Assembly (NCBI GenBank): GCA_964016885.1
Contig: OZ024742.1
Location: forward strand, 83,328,001 to 83,392,000
Direction: 5' to 3'
DNA: 64,000 nucleotides
Origin: Eledone cirrhosa
Lineage: Eukaryota
The position numbers and the translations under genes are program-made. The notes below the pieces were generated by a model that was given only the letters and a program-made list of their open reading frames with translations, was not told the origin of the DNA and made no database searches. Positions 1-13,995 of the stretch are shown in pieces. Positions within the stretch are counted from its first letter, which is position 1; each line of letters opens with the position of its first letter.

Positions 1-440
1 TTATATGCAAGGAAAGGATCAATTTGTGAAGCCGGTTTGAAAGTAATGTCAAGACAGTAGGATCAGTCGGCTGGAATTTGAAGACGCCAGGAAATTACTT
101 AAATCGTCAGATGGTGATCTCCGACATGTATTTGAAACGTTTACTGCCAAGTGCTGCATGGGGAAAATGCAAATCATTGCTGCAAATACTAAGGCACTCA
201 TCTCCTCGAGGATGCCTGGGCAGTAAACTATTCATGTACTAAGTAGAGGGATTCGTTCAAGTATCTCGCGAACGGTTCCACAAGTGTTGGAAGGCAGGAG
301 ACTGAATAAAATGCAAGAATTGCTGGAGCTGTTACAATGATGCACCAGCTTTAACTCTCGATTATTAGAAGGTAGATAGATGTAAAAAGCCAAACTCGCT
401 ATATTCAATTTGCTATTTGCATCAACACTTACCTATGTGT
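1..440 (+). mobile_element. Degenerate RTE-clade LINE fragment (RT C-terminal part)
   Basis: Colinear with 25990-26410 (atcagtcggctggaattt, gtgctgcatgg, gttcaagtatctcg, tgcaagaattgc, gtaaaagccaaa); many stops. Confidence 0.7.
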
Positions 441-659
441 CTGTGCCATATGTCGATTTTATAGATTTAATCAATACCACACATGTTCTTATCCTGATAA
501 CTTGCTATTAATTATGTCTTGGTATAATTCTCTCCCGTTCACTCGGCAACTTCCGTTTCTCTCTTCTTCCCAGCATTATCGCTTGTCCAGATTGCAGACA
601 TATCTGTCACTTCTAAATGTATTGTATTACTAGCTTCAAATACCATATTTTCCACACTA

Positions 660-1125
660 TCTTCTCATTGCTATAGGGGGTCACCCTAGCTCCATATTTC
701 CAAACTGTGTCACTAAAGCTGCCCCAGTTCCATAGTGTGCCGCCCTAGCTCCGCAATGCCATACTGCAGCGCCCTAGCTCCGCAATACCATATTTTCAAC
801 GCGATCTCCCCATTGTCATAGGGGGTCACGTAAGCTCCATATTCCATACTGTGTCACTGAAGCTCCCCATTCCCATAGTGTGTCACCCTAGATCGTCTAT
901 TCCGTAGTGCGGCACCCTAGCTCCAAAGTGCCGTATTTTACTGGACCTCGTGACACAGACGGTACATCTGGTTCCATATTTCCATACTGTACCACTCAAA
1001 CCTCCTTATGCCATAGTGTGGTACCCAAGCCCCGCAGTGCCGTATTTTAATCCGGCAATGACACATTATTATGTGTTTAGTGTTTTTAATCCGGCCCTTT
1101 GTTTTACGATATTATATCCGGCACT
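660..1125 (+). repeat. Degenerate tandem repeats (ccctagctcc units grading into tttaatccggc units)
   Basis: Recurrent caccctagctcc/gccctagctccgcaat and aatccggc, the reverse complement of the core of the 27-bp array. Confidence 0.55.
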
Positions 1126-1131
1126 TATCCT

Positions 1132-1330
1132 TATCTATATATATAAAATTGAGGATTTCTGCATGTGTGTGTGTGTTTGAATCCCTAAAACTAGAGAAGC
1201 ACCTAACCGACTGTTTTCAAACTTTACACGTGTTTCAGGGAGTGTTCTGAACAAAGAAAATTTCAAATTTTCACTGCTCTGGCGACCACATTAGGCGATT
1301 AAGCGATCTCTCTCTATAATTCTTAGTCTT
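1132..1330 (+). mobile_element. Possible non-autonomous Helitron-type 5' end
   Basis: Begins a|tctatatatataaaa, then short (TG)n and aaccgactgttttcaaacttt. This resembles 5' termini of invertebrate non-autonomous Helitrons; no 3' CTRR hairpin confirmed. Confidence 0.35.
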
Positions 1331-1899
1331 TCTATTTTTAGATAGATACATACATATAACGTCGCGCCCTTATAATATCTGTCTGTATTTCTGGCTGTCT
1401 GCATTGCGTCACTTCCTACAATTCGCTCTGCGTCCAGAACGCGCCCTTATAATATATGTCTATATGTCTGGCTGTCTGCTTCTTCCGGTTATTCTGTCAC
1501 CCTTGCTCAAGACAAATCTCACACTCATTCCCCAAACAGTTGGTAAGTGACTTATTTATTAAGTGTCAGTGCTGGATTAAAATTAAGTTTGAGAGCCGGA
1601 ATAAAAACACAAATGATCGCTGCCGGATTAAAATCACTAATGACTAAAAATATGTGTCAGTACCGGATTTAAAATAATAAATGTCAGGGCCGGATCACTA
1701 CTGACACAGAGCTTTGTTGAAACGCTGATTTTTTTTCCGCAGTAGAATGGTCGCTATCCTTCTTCCTTCGGTTTAACTCATTCATCTCAGACAGAGGTAC
1801 ACGATTCGACTTTTATTTATATAGATATACACCCACATGCACACACACATGCGCGCGCACACACATATATGTATCCTGCTTACTAGTTATTAAAATTAA

Positions 1900-3340
1900 A
1901 AGATAGCCGGACAATATTTGGTCAACTGCCAGATTAAAAAATATTTAGTAGATTGCCGGGTATAACGACACTTGGTAGATTGCCGGATTAAACTATATTT
2001 GGTACAATGCCGCATTAAACGATATTTGGTAGAGTATCTGATTAAATGATAGCCACACAATATTTGGTAAAGTGCCAGATTAAACGATATTTAATAGATT
2101 GCCGGATTAAACGATATTTAGTAGATTGCCGGATTAAACGATATTTGGTAATATGCTAGATTAAATGATATAGGGCAGTATGGCGGATCAAGTGATAGCT
2201 GTACATTATTTAGACTGCCAGGTTAAAAGATATTTGGTAGAGTGACGGATTAAACGATATCTTTACAATATTTAGTCGAATGCTGGATAAAACGATATTC
2301 GGTAGAATGCCGGATCAAACAATAATTTGGTAGAATGCCGGATTAGATGATATTTATTATAATGTTGTATTAAACGATATTTAACGATATTTGGTAGAAT
2401 ACCGGATTAAACTATATATTGTTAGGTGCCGGATTAAATGACTACCTACAATATTTGGTATGTGCCAGAATAAACGATATTTGGTAGAGTGACGGATCAA
2501 AAATATTTGGAAAAGTGCCGGATTAAACGATATTTCTAAAGTGCCAGATTATATGACATTTGGTAGAATGCCGGATTATATGATAATTTGGTAGAATGCC
2601 GGATTAAATGATATTTGGTAGATTGTCGGATTAAACGATATTTAATAGAATGCCGGATTATATGGTATTAAGGTAGAGTGCCGGATTAAACGTTATTTAA
2701 TAGAATGCCGGATTGTATGATATTTGGTAAAACGCTCGATTAAACGAGGTATTAAATTATATTAAAGTGACGGATTAAATTATATTTAATAGAATGCAGG
2801 TTTAAATGATTATTATGGTAGAGTGCCGGATTAAACGATATTTGATAGAATGCCGGATTATATGATATACGGTAGAATGCCGGATTAAAGGATATATGAC
2901 AGAGTTCCAGATTAAATGATATCCGTAGAATATTTGGTAACGTGCCGGAATAAACAATATTTAGTGGAGTGCCGGCCAAACGATATTTGGAAGAATACCG
3001 GATTAAGCGATATTTAATAGAGTGCCAGATTAAACGTTGTTTAATAGAGTGCCGGATTAAAAGATATTTAATCGAATACCGGATTAAACGATATTTGCTA
3101 GAACACCGGATTAATGGTAGAGTGCCGGATTAAAAGATATTTAGTAGAGTTCGGATTAAACAATATTTTTAATATGCCGGATTAAACATTTTTTGTAGAG
3201 TGTTGGATTAAACGATATTTGGTAGAATACCGGATTAAACGACATTTGGTACAGTGCCAGATTAAATGATATCCGTATAATATTTGGTAAAGTGCCGCAA
3301 TAAACTATATTTGGAATAGTGCCGGATTAAACGATATTTT
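1900..3340. repeat. 27-bp minisatellite array (consensus about gccggattaaacgatatttggtagagt)
   Basis: Period 27 read directly (gccgg at 2101 and 2128). Roughly 50 diverged units; related units at 1570-1700. Confidence 0.95.
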
Positions 3341-3459
3341 TACGCCGTAGTATTTTCGCCATCTCTCTGCCATCGTTTTAACTCATTCATCTCACAGCGG
3401 ACTGACACGCGGATTCGACACGATTCGACTTTGATTTATATAGATTAGTCTAAAACGTG

Positions 3460-3660
3460 TGGTAATTTTGCAGCATCGGTAAAACGTCAGACTTCATGCT
3501 CTCGCAGCATAGTGCTACGTATCTTTATGTTCTAATTTTAAATCCCACTGAAGTTAGCTTTGCCTTTTATCCTTACGGGATCGATAAAGTAAAGTACCGC
3601 TGACGACTTTCCCTTCCTCCAAGGTGGTTGACCTTGTGACTTAATCAGAAACCATTATTT
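3460..3660 (+). mobile_element. tRNA-derived SINE with Meta-like central domain, degenerate
   Basis: gcagcatcggtaaaacgtc head, then aaatcccactgaagttagctttgccttttatccttacgggatcgataaagtaaagtacc. Confidence 0.8.
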
Positions 3661-3789
3661 AGTATAGGAAGTGCGATGAATTGGCAACATCATTAGAATG
3701 TCGGACAGTATGCTTGTGACATATTCATAAATGTATTTCATACTAAAAGATATACTAATGCAGTTGCCGCAATGAAAACAGCTATATAT

Positions 3790-4100
3790 CAACGCCACCA
3801 TCTTGGATAGTACCTATATCACTGTTTACCAAAATCAGTACATTCATCATTGCCAAAAGAACACTACTACTACAACTGCCGAGACGACAGCAAGAGGCCA
3901 GAAAAACTACCATCGACACCGCCAACATAAATACCATCATCATTGCCATTTTCACCACGGGGACTACCACCACCAACAGCATCACCTCAGTAAACAGCGA
4001 ATTCAATACTATCACCACTACCAGCATCTCCATTTTCTACGCCACCACCAAGAACAATAACCCTGCAATCATAAACTATATCCCCGATGTCAGCAACAAC
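3790..4100. repeat. Degenerate trinucleotide (CAC/CAT/CAA/TAC) low-complexity tract
   Basis: Imperfect triplet runs that generate His/Thr-rich and Val/Met-rich pseudo-ORFs. Confidence 0.7.
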
Positions 4101-4405
4101 GACATTGATTCCAAACAATGTCAAAATGACGTCTCTATAGAAAATTCTGAAGGTAAAGTAATACTTTTTTTTACTGAACAGTTAACCTATCTCTACCAAG
4201 AAAACAACATGAATTCAAGAGCGTCTATGTATAATAATAGAAATTTCAAACACGTCATAAAACATACAAAAGCACACACACAAACATTAATGAATATAAC
4301 TAGGCGGCCACAGACACATACACGCAAAACATCTGTCTATCTGTCTATCTATCTTTATATATGTATATATTCGTCTACCTACCCTCCTACACACACGCGC
4401 GAGCG

Positions 4406-4549
<144 letters not shown>

Positions 4550-4697
4550 AAAGAATAGAGGTGTAATACACGAGTTATGATATATTGGTAAAAGGAAATG
4601 AAAATGCTGACAAATTTGTCACCATTTTCTTTTCCTTTTACCAATATATATATATATATATAATATAAGATCAAAAGATGGTTAAAAGAGTCCCATG

Positions 4698-4768
4698 TAT
4701 TTTATTATGCGCGTTTCAAAAAGAAATATCATCATGGGATGATACTTGAGTTCTCATCAGATAAAATA
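4698..4768 (-). ncRNA. Type I hammerhead ribozyme motif (one stem III mismatch)
   Basis: Minus strand: tattttat CTGATGA gaactc-aagtatcatc-ccat-gatgatattt-cttttt GAAA cgcgca TA ataaaata. Stem I is 8 bp; stem III is one substitution from the palindrome ACGCGCGT. Confidence 0.7.
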
Positions 4769-5113
4769 GGGAGACATGATATGAAGTTTAAAAATCACTT
4801 GCAATGCACATATGAAAATGCACATATGAAATTGTACATTGCTTTATTGTGCTACAATAAAACTCAGCTCCTACACACACACACACACATATAAATATAT
4901 ATATATATATATATATATTTATTAAAATAACAGATTAATGTTTAAGCAAAGAATCGCTGCTGTCACCCTTAACTTTAATCTGTTATTTTAATAAATATTT
5001 GCTCTACGGTTCTTACATATTTGATATATATTTATCCTTATCGAGCCCTCTTTGGATTTATATATATTTATCCTTATCGAGCCTTCTTTAGATATATAGA
5101 TATATATAGATAT

Positions 5114-5191
<78 letters not shown>

Positions 5192-5227
5192 ATTACACAA
5201 TAATCAAAGCTATGTTCAAAGCATTTT

Positions 5228-5278
5228 ATTGCTCACAATCGTTTCTTCCAAAATATCGTTTGGAATCATCGGAGCAGT
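5228..5278 (-). ncRNA. Decayed type I hammerhead
   Basis: actgct CCGATGA ttccaaa-cgatat-tttggaa GAAA cgattg TG agcaat. Stems pair, but core U4>C and G at the cleavage position. Confidence 0.6.
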
Positions 5279-5849
5279 AGCAATGTTTGTGCATATAATT
5301 AACCTCCTATTCAACTGAAGAATCATATAGATACATGGAAATTAATGTTGTCAACAGTTTTGTATTTACAAGGTGAAATGAATGCGACATAGATTACAAG
5401 AGAATTGTACAATAATTAAAATTACAAATTAAATATTACAAATTAAAAATAAAAAATAAAAAATTATAAAGGTACAGAGTGGAATGCAAGCGACAGAGAT
5501 TATAAGGGAATAGTATAACAATTAAAGAGGCATTAAGGTAGAAAGTTACTCGTAAAACGAGGACACTAGCAGTACATATGCAAGCGTTAAGAGAATGCAA
5601 ATGCATTAGTCATATACAGGAAGGAAACAAGCAATGGCATTAGGCATATATAATAAGAAACAACAGTCACACTACATCCACCATAAAAACATAGTTTTAT
5701 TACAAAAACAGCTTTGCCTGATATGCTTATTTCATGTGATACCTTTGCCTTGCAAAAAATTATATATGCCTAATACCATTTCTTGTTTCCTTCCCGACCA
5801 AATATGTTTGAGTGCATGTGTATATGTCTGCGTGTAAACGGATAATAAC

Positions 5850-7260
5850 TGGGTGTGGTGTTTTCTTTCTTTTGTCGCAAGTTGAAGGCATCTCAGCAGC
5901 GAGGCAACTCTGGTTACATCAAATCACCAGAAACTGGGAGACGTGATGCCTCCCATCCACTGGTTTCCAAGAGTTCAAACAGCTCACTCTACCTTATAAC
6001 TTTCATGTCGAAAGCTTCATTAATGTTTATCTCCCAGGAGAGAATACGCTCCACTAGCTTTACCAACTTTCTCTCTTTGAAGTAGAAGGCAAGCTCTGAT
6101 TTCTTAGTATTAATGAAGGGTAAGTGCAAGCTGCGTTTCATGACAACTGAAACCTTGCATCTCCCCTCCAATTTTAGGTCAGTTATCTTTCTTACAGTGG
6201 CTGGCTTTCAGCGTTCTCCTAACTTACAAACTTCGTTCTAACGTTCTTCCAAGCTTGCGGGCTCTCACCGTTCTTCACCCTCTATATCATCTCTTCGACT
6301 GCATCATCCACTAAATTTGTTGTACCACCATGTGTGTCTGTTCTTCATCCCGAATGAGTAACTGGATAGTATATGCAACATAGTTCCAGCCTTGCTGAAT
6401 TTGCAAACCTTATTCCCGTTTACTAGAATTTTAGATATGTGGGGCTGCGAAATATGTCACAAGCATATCAAAGACGGGGGGTGAACATGGACATTTTTTA
6501 CTGGCTGTATCCCTAGTCAAAATTCCAAGCAACACACTGTTGCAGTTGGCCACATTGCACCAAAGCCGCATAGCGAATTCCCATTTCCTCCCTCTTTACT
6601 CTTGTTAATGCATGGCATAGTATGGTCTGAATTCGTAAGTAGTAATTTGTCTGTGCAGGATATTTTATTATTATTTCATACGCTATAGAAGCCACAAAAT
6701 ATTCCGTTGTATTCGAATCTATTCATTTTCTCTCCTTATTGAGCCTCGTGGCGGAATAACGCATGGTTTGATCAATCGAACGGCAAAGGATCAGAACATC
6801 CCACGACTTACCACACTTGTACTGCTTGACTATTAACGGGATATGTAATTCAATTGAAGAACGATTCTTGTAGAATACCGTACGCGTAAAGTTTCGTGGC
6901 AACACTATCCACTTGCAAATATAAATATTGTATTTCTGATCAATTATCTTCACATGTTTTATTGAGACTTCATTCAAAACTTGTGGCCACTGTAGCCAGG
7001 TGTACAGTGCAAACTGCATACACAAGAGCTTGAACTTACCAGGTGGTAACGTTTTGTCTATTGTTGAATGTCCATCCTCGGCCATCTTGTTGAATTTAAT
7101 CCCGTCACACCCACCATGAAGTGACTCATAATAAAAGTACTCAAGGCGCTTCACAGGCTTCTGCCCTATCGTTGGTATGACCTGTCCTGCTACGTCGTGC
7201 TTCACTTTTTTTACCTTTTATTGACAAATGCTACGCAAAGCATTTCTTTGGTTTGAAATG
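5850..7260 (-). mobile_element. Decayed RLE-type non-LTR retrotransposon (HERO/R2-like): RT C-terminus to restriction-like endonuclease
   Basis: GQVIPTIGQKPVKRL..LPPGKFKLLCMQFALY..LQWP..CKWIVLPRN (6723-7205) and KLVKLVERILSWEININEAFDMK (5989-6171) resemble HERO-type motifs (ELTVPWE..I.EA.ERK); frameshifted. Confidence 0.7.
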
Positions 7261-8011
7261 CATCCATGACCATGTTCGTCTCGGTATTTAAGTTTTTTTT
7301 TATATCTTACAAAATAAGATAGTAAAAGAGTTCTAAAATATAGTCGTCACAATGCAAATAAATATGATAAGAGTTAATAACTATATATAATTGTCTCTGT
7401 TAACCTTGTGCTGTCTCCAGGTCTGTTTTACTCGATTTTATTCACCTATTATATATTTTGATTAACAATTATTATGGTCATTTGCATTGAAGCGGCTATA
7501 TTTTCAAACTATTGTAAATATCTTATTTTAGAAATCAGGTAGTGAAATTCATTTTAGTTATTAATGGGTATATTCAATTTATATGACTTGAAGATTACAA
7601 CAGTGTATGAAATAAAAACAAGACCAGAATATAAGTATTTTAATAAAGTATATACTTTTTTCGATATTTAAGCGCTGGTTTTATGCAATGCCTATAAATA
7701 TTAAGAACTCTTCTAACATTTATAAAGTTAACATACATTAATAATATTAAAAGTCCGTTTTGGTATCTTGATTCTCTGCGTTCCACAATTTTCCTCATAA
7801 ATTGTACACAAATAAGTTTTAAAATCAAAGAAAGAGATATAGATAAAATGAAATCCGAATTATGGTTGCTATAATTATTTTGATTAAAATAAGGCAAGCA
7901 AAGTTACATCAATATAAAATGGTACTTTTAAAATTATCCTGAATGCATTGGTGAATAGATAATATTTGGTTTGTTTGTCCGTAATATTTGATTCGTCAGT
8001 AAGCGGTATAA

Positions 8012-8210
8012 TATAATTGTCTACTTTTGGCACAAAGCCAGCAATTTGAAGGGAAGAAAAAAGTTGATTAAAATAATCACAAGACATTACTGCTACTTTA
8101 TTTTATCGACCCCGTAAGAATGAGAGGCAAAGCTAACCACGGCGGGACTTGAACTCAGAACATAATGGACCGTAACTATATGTGGTCCGTCGTTCTGATA
8201 CTACCAATCG
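8012..8210 (-). mobile_element. tRNA-derived Meta-like SINE
   Basis: ggcacaaagccagcaattt...ttttatcgaccccgtaagaatg...ggcgggacttgaactcag; B-box gagttcaagtc on the minus strand. Confidence 0.85.
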
Positions 8211-8331
8211 AACACCTTCGTTCTATCGAAACTGTCTATTCTCCGCCCTCAAGTGGTATAAAATTATCCAATATATGTAAGAAAGGGTGGGTGTTCTGTG
8301 TAATGAAGGATATACTCCAATTACTTTTATT

Positions 8332-8425
<94 letters not shown>

Positions 8426-8460
8426 CATGTGTGAATAAAAGTAATTGTGATATATATATA

Positions 8461-8500
<40 letters not shown>

Positions 8501-9017
8501 TGTGTGTGTGTGTGTATGTGTATGTGCATATGAGTATACAAGTGTGTATGTGTATGTGTATGTGTATGTCTGTTAAACATACTTTACCTACTATATCAGG
8601 CGTTAAACTAATATATAACTCCATAGTACTGTGTTGTTTTATTTGTTTTCCGTTTACCTTTCGAAAACATATATATAAATATTTCAAGAATAAAAAAGAC
8701 AAACACAGAGATGCAAAAACGCAAAGCAAAATTAGTTTCATGCTTAAGAATGAAGATAAATATATGAATAAATGTTTCAACGTGTCGGACGTTAGTCATT
8801 TATTAGGACAGAACAAGGTAATGAGAGAGAGAGGAGAGTTGGATGTTGGCACAAAAGAGCTGTTTTAAAGATGGGTATGGAGGGTAGGAAATAGACCAGC
8901 GTGTGATGGTAGGGGCCGAGCTGGAGAGTCAAGGTGTATCATTGGTCCTGTTACATGTGTGCAAATGAAGTGCGCTTCGTGTGTGTGTGTGTGTGCATGT
9001 CGTTGATATTATTTCTC

Positions 9018-9157
9018 CATAGTTACGTCCCTTTACGATCTGAGTTCAAATCCCACCGAGGTTGACTTTGCCTTTCATCCTTACGGGGTCGATAAAATAA
9101 AGTACCAGTAATGAACTGGGTTATTGCTGGCCTTGTGCCTAAAGTAGAAACAATTAT
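9018..9157 (+). mobile_element. tRNA-derived Meta-like SINE (5' truncated)
   Basis: gagttcaaatcccaccgaggttgactttgcctttcatccttacggggtcgataaaataaagtaccag. Confidence 0.85.
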
Positions 9158-10027
9158 TTCTCCTTCGTGTGTGTGAGTGTGCGTTTTGTGTATCGTTGAT
9201 GGAGCAGTGCATGAGTATATAAATACGTTTATCTGTCTTTGTGAATGTCTTATTAATATTTATGTGTGTGTGTTTATGTGTCAATGTTGTATGTATTTCT
9301 GAGTGTTGTCAGCGTGTGCATGTGAATGTGTTTAAGCGTGCAAGTGCATAACCTTGTATGACGGTCTCTATCCGCGCGTGTGAGTGTAACAAATAAGTTG
9401 AGACTTTTTTACATATGTGTATTTGTATGTACGTACATACATACATACATACATACATACATACATACATACATACATACATACATACATACATACATAC
9501 ATACATACATGATATAGCAACTGGAATTCATTGTATTGTGTAGGATATTGTGTCTTAATTTTCGTGCAGGGAATCATAATACGGTTGAAATGTAACGAAA
9601 TGAAAAGAAAATAGTCCTTATTGTGTTTGTTATGTTCATTACAAAGCCACGTATGTGTGTAAAATAGTAATATTTTATATGAATTAAAAGCCTAATATTT
9701 ATAATTGTTTATATTATATTAAAAAGGAATAGATTTTAGTCGACAATAAAAATATTGAAGTAGTATAAGGAAAAGCTACTGGAGGTATAATATAGAAAAA
9801 TATCAGTGTAGGTAAATATTCTATTAACAGAAAATTAAATTGTTGATAGATGCGTTGAATTTAGAGTGGGAAATGTAGAGATATTTCTTTACAAATGCAG
9901 TAAATTAATTATGTTTTAGCGGAAAGTAAGAAAACTTAAAAGAAGTAAAATATGAGTACAATTGGATATCGAAGATTTATATGTAAATGATGGTGGGACA
10001 AGATTTATTAGGATTTCCGTTGCAAAC

Positions 10028-10185
10028 ATAATAATTGTTTCTACTTTAGGCACAAGGCCAGCAATTACCCAGTGCATTACTGGTACTTTATTTTATCGAC
10101 CCCGTAAGGATGAAAGGCAAAGTCAACCTCGGCGGGATTTGAACTTAGATCGTAAAGGGACGTAACTATGCTGGAAAGCATGGCC
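10028..10185 (-). mobile_element. tRNA-derived Meta-like SINE
   Basis: Near-identical to the 43022-43204 copy. Confidence 0.85.
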
Positions 10186-10225
10186 ATAATAATACTAGAC
10201 AATTTTCCTGATGGAAAAAGCATGA

Positions 10226-10339
<114 letters not shown>

Positions 10340-12407
10340 AAATAGTAATAAGGAAAAAGATATACTAGAATAGGGTGGAGTGATTTTTTCAGTATAATAT
10401 CAAAACCTTTATTTATAAAGTGGGGATTTCCGGGGAGCGAAAGGAAGCCTCCGACAGAAACATGAACTTTCCTCTCTAAATATGTATGTAAAAACTAATA
10501 ATTTTTCTTCTCCATTGTATTATTATTCATATAAATATGCAATTTAACTGAACTTTTCACTTCCGTCATTGAAAAAGTATTTAATGCTGAAACCGGTACC
10601 ACGAAATCTCCACTTTATAAATAAATATTTTGATATTATACTGAAAAAATAGGGGGAAATATCCAAGGGTAGGAGAGCACTCAGTTCAAAGGACGAGTTT
10701 AAGTATAAATAATTACAACAGTGCCATAAACAGGTACTCAAGTTTCGTTGGGTTCTGGGCCCCAGCCCATTCAGCCTGTCATGAGAAAAAATAAAAACAA
10801 AGATGACTGCCTAGGTTTGATTCTGCTTTCCTGTTAAGAATATATCATAAGAGTTTAAAGAAGGCCAGGTAATTTAAAAATTATTTAGGAAAGGGTTTTT
10901 TGATAATTAGAAAGTAACATCGAGGGAGGTAACTCTTGAGAGACCAAAGTTTTCTCGAAGATCGAGTTGAAGTGGATGTGTATTAGAATTCATAGAACAA
11001 TGAGAAAAACTCTACGCAAGTATAACTATTAAAACAGCAAAATGTAGTCAATGATGTCATCGAGTAAATTTACCTCAAACGACAAAAATCAGCGGCTAAA
11101 AGTCTGTTAGACCACACAAGTGATAGGAAGAAAGTAGCAAAGTAATAAAATGTACGAGACAAGATCACACAAACACCATTTTACCTCTTCAGCTCTCAGA
11201 CCGGCTGTAGTTTCACACGATTTAACTCTAGAAGACTACATAAAATTGCCGACTCGTGCAACAGAAAATAAATATTTCTGCTGGTATGATGTATTCGTGA
11301 TAAAATGATCAAATTAGATAGACAGACAGGTAGATCAGAGATATGTCATTGGCTATTTCTTTGCATCTTTTTTATTCCCCTCTCCCTTCTTGTTTCGTCC
11401 TTTTCCTCTTTCTCTAACTCCTCTCCGTCTTGTTACTTTTCTTCCCCCTTCTTCTACCCGTCGCTTCTGTTTGCCACTTCTGCTTGCTGCCACTTGCGCA
11501 GTGCCAGCGCGTGTTGCCCTTTCTAGCGGCAACATGGTGTCATGCGGACGCACTTTACTACTCTCTCTCCGATGTATCTGTGTGTGTGTATGTGTATTTA
11601 TACATTTGTATGCATACATATGTGTGTATATGTATGTATACATGTGTATTTATACATGTGTATGTATACATGTGTATGTATACATGTGTGTGTATGTATG
11701 TATGTAGTGTACAGTCTTTCCTCACTTTAAAAAAATCTTCACGCTCAGGCATTGCATGATAGCATTAGTTGATAATTATGAATAATGTTATATCGTGCAA
11801 TAGCCATACTCTATAACGAGGGGGCAGCCATCATGTGTGTATTTATGTATATGTGTGTGAGTATTTATTCATACATACAATCAAATCCAACTGAGTTCGT
11901 TCTACGTTGCCTTAGTAATTTTTATGGCGCTTGGCATAATTATAATGTCGAATGAGATAACATCCAGAACATATTCCAGCTGTTCAATTATTAAGGCCAG
12001 CGCCTGCAACGAGATACTTTTTCAGCTTTTCTCATTCCCTTGTACAACATTAATGGGGAGGAAAGTGAGGACATGATGCTCGACCAAGACTTGATCTATA
12101 TTGAAAAGATAAAAACAAAACAAGCGAACTTAACTATACTTGCACTTTAAAGAGAAATTTTAAAGATGTGTATTCATTAATTTGCGAAAACACGCGGAGT
12201 TCCCGGGGACAAATGCTCATAAAGACACATACACCCCCCACACATGCACTCACACACAGGCGCGCGCGCACGCATACACACATATATATATATGTGTGTG
12301 TATGTGTGTGCGTATGTATATCTGTTTTATGTGAGTACCGGGGGACAAACGCTCATAAAAGACACATAAACCCACACGCACACACACACAATACATATAT
12401 ATATATG

Positions 12408-12470
<63 letters not shown>

Positions 12471-12534
12471 TTGTGTGTGTATGTATATCTATTTTATCTC
12501 TGTACATGTGCATACTTACATATACATATATAAA

Positions 12535-12573
<39 letters not shown>

Positions 12574-12754
12574 TTGTTTTATTTAGCTGCCATTTTTAGT
12601 GGTGTGATAGACAACACGTCTATGTTTACTCCCGCTTCTGCTAAGGGCTCGTTCATGCACAGGTTAAGTTTACGGCCTCATTCGATCCTGTGCTAGCTGG
12701 CAGGTGGCAATATATTTTTCCGTTCCTGGGACTTTTGTCCTAGGTAAGGAAAAT

Positions 12755-12834
12755 GATCTCTGATGATCCGAATATTTCTATTGGAAGTCCCTAGGATCTC
12801 CAATCTTTTGTAAGGTGAAACCGTCGGTAAAAGC
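12755..12834 (+). ncRNA. Type I hammerhead motif with extended stem II (stem I decayed)
   Basis: CTGATGA t-cc...ttggaagtcc-cta-ggatctccaa...gg-t GAAA ccgtcgg TA, inside (TA)n-flanked island 12570-12918. Confidence 0.55.
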
Positions 12835-12915
12835 AAATGGAATAGGTAAATATTTAAATTATATTTTTTAATTTATTTTAAGAAATTGTTTGAATTTTCT
12901 TGCTCCGCTTATCTC

Positions 12916-12983
<68 letters not shown>

Positions 12984-13196
12984 AAAAAATAGAAATAAAT
13001 AAAATACAAATAAATACAAAATAAAAAAATTAATCTCTGCAGTTCTGTTTACATGCCAACACAAGAGTAAGAATGAGGGGCTCATTCTACTGACATGGCT
13101 TTTAAAATAAAGCTTGTTTGCATAATTGCAAACAAATCGTATATTATTGTTAATATTCGAAAAACTCAGATTACATTATATATATATATATTTTAT

Positions 13197-13265
<69 letters not shown>

Positions 13266-13333
13266 CAAGGTCTAGCAAATAGAGAAAAAGTTTTTGAATA
13301 AATTTTTTAAAATTCGCTGTACTTACTATATGT

Positions 13334-13413
13334 GCCTTTACCGCGGTTTCATGCCAGAATAAACGGAAAATCTAAGCGGATTTCCATTGAGAAGGGAGCA
13401 ATCTTCAGAAAGC
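13334..13413 (-). ncRNA. Type I hammerhead ribozyme (family C)
   Basis: gcttt CTGAAGA t-tgc...ggaaatcc-gctt-agattttcc...gca-t GAAA ccgcgg TA aaggc. Stem III palindrome ACCGCGGT; GUA site. Confidence 0.85.
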
Positions 13414-13995
13414 TCTTCTCCCTCGGATAATATAAAATTCCCGAGTTCAAATCACAAACTGACGCCATACAAAACCATTCCCAAATGAGAGCGGATGATG
13501 AAAGAAATAATTCTGTCTGGTGCCGTGTGCAAAGACAAAAGGCAGAGTAGATAGATCAATGTCCTACCACTAGAAAAAGCAGCAGTCCAAACGGCCAAAA
13601 TTTTATATCTACCTTAGGGGGAGATCAATAATAATAAAGTATGAATTCCTACGTGTAAAAAATGCATATAGGGAAACAAGTATTATCCAACCGTATGCCA
13701 ATGTGGTTCTATGGTGGGTTAATAAATTAACGAGCCAAAACATATAATATCAGCGACTTTTTTAAAATTTATTTTAAAACCTTTTTTCTATTTGCTAGAA
13801 GATTGCTCCTCTTCTCAATGGAAATCCGCTTGGATTTTCCGTTTATTCGTGAGCATGAAACCGCGATAAAGGCACATATAGTAGGTACAGTGAATTTTTT
13901 AAAATTTATTTTAAAACCTTTTCTCTATTTGCTAGAGCAAATAGAGAAAAGGTTTTAAAATAAATTTTAAAAAATTCGCTGTACTTACTATATGT

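Noticed and set aside
1900-3340. CRISPR-like appearance of the regular array
   Set aside because: Units are contiguous with no unique spacers, there are no cas genes, and the context is eukaryotic.
3803-4060. His-rich ORF
   Set aside because: Product of a degenerate trinucleotide tract, with no supporting gene structure.
10563-10605. GAAA-ccgg-TA with an upstream hairpin
   Set aside because: The core reads TTGAAAA and stem I is weak; too decayed to call.
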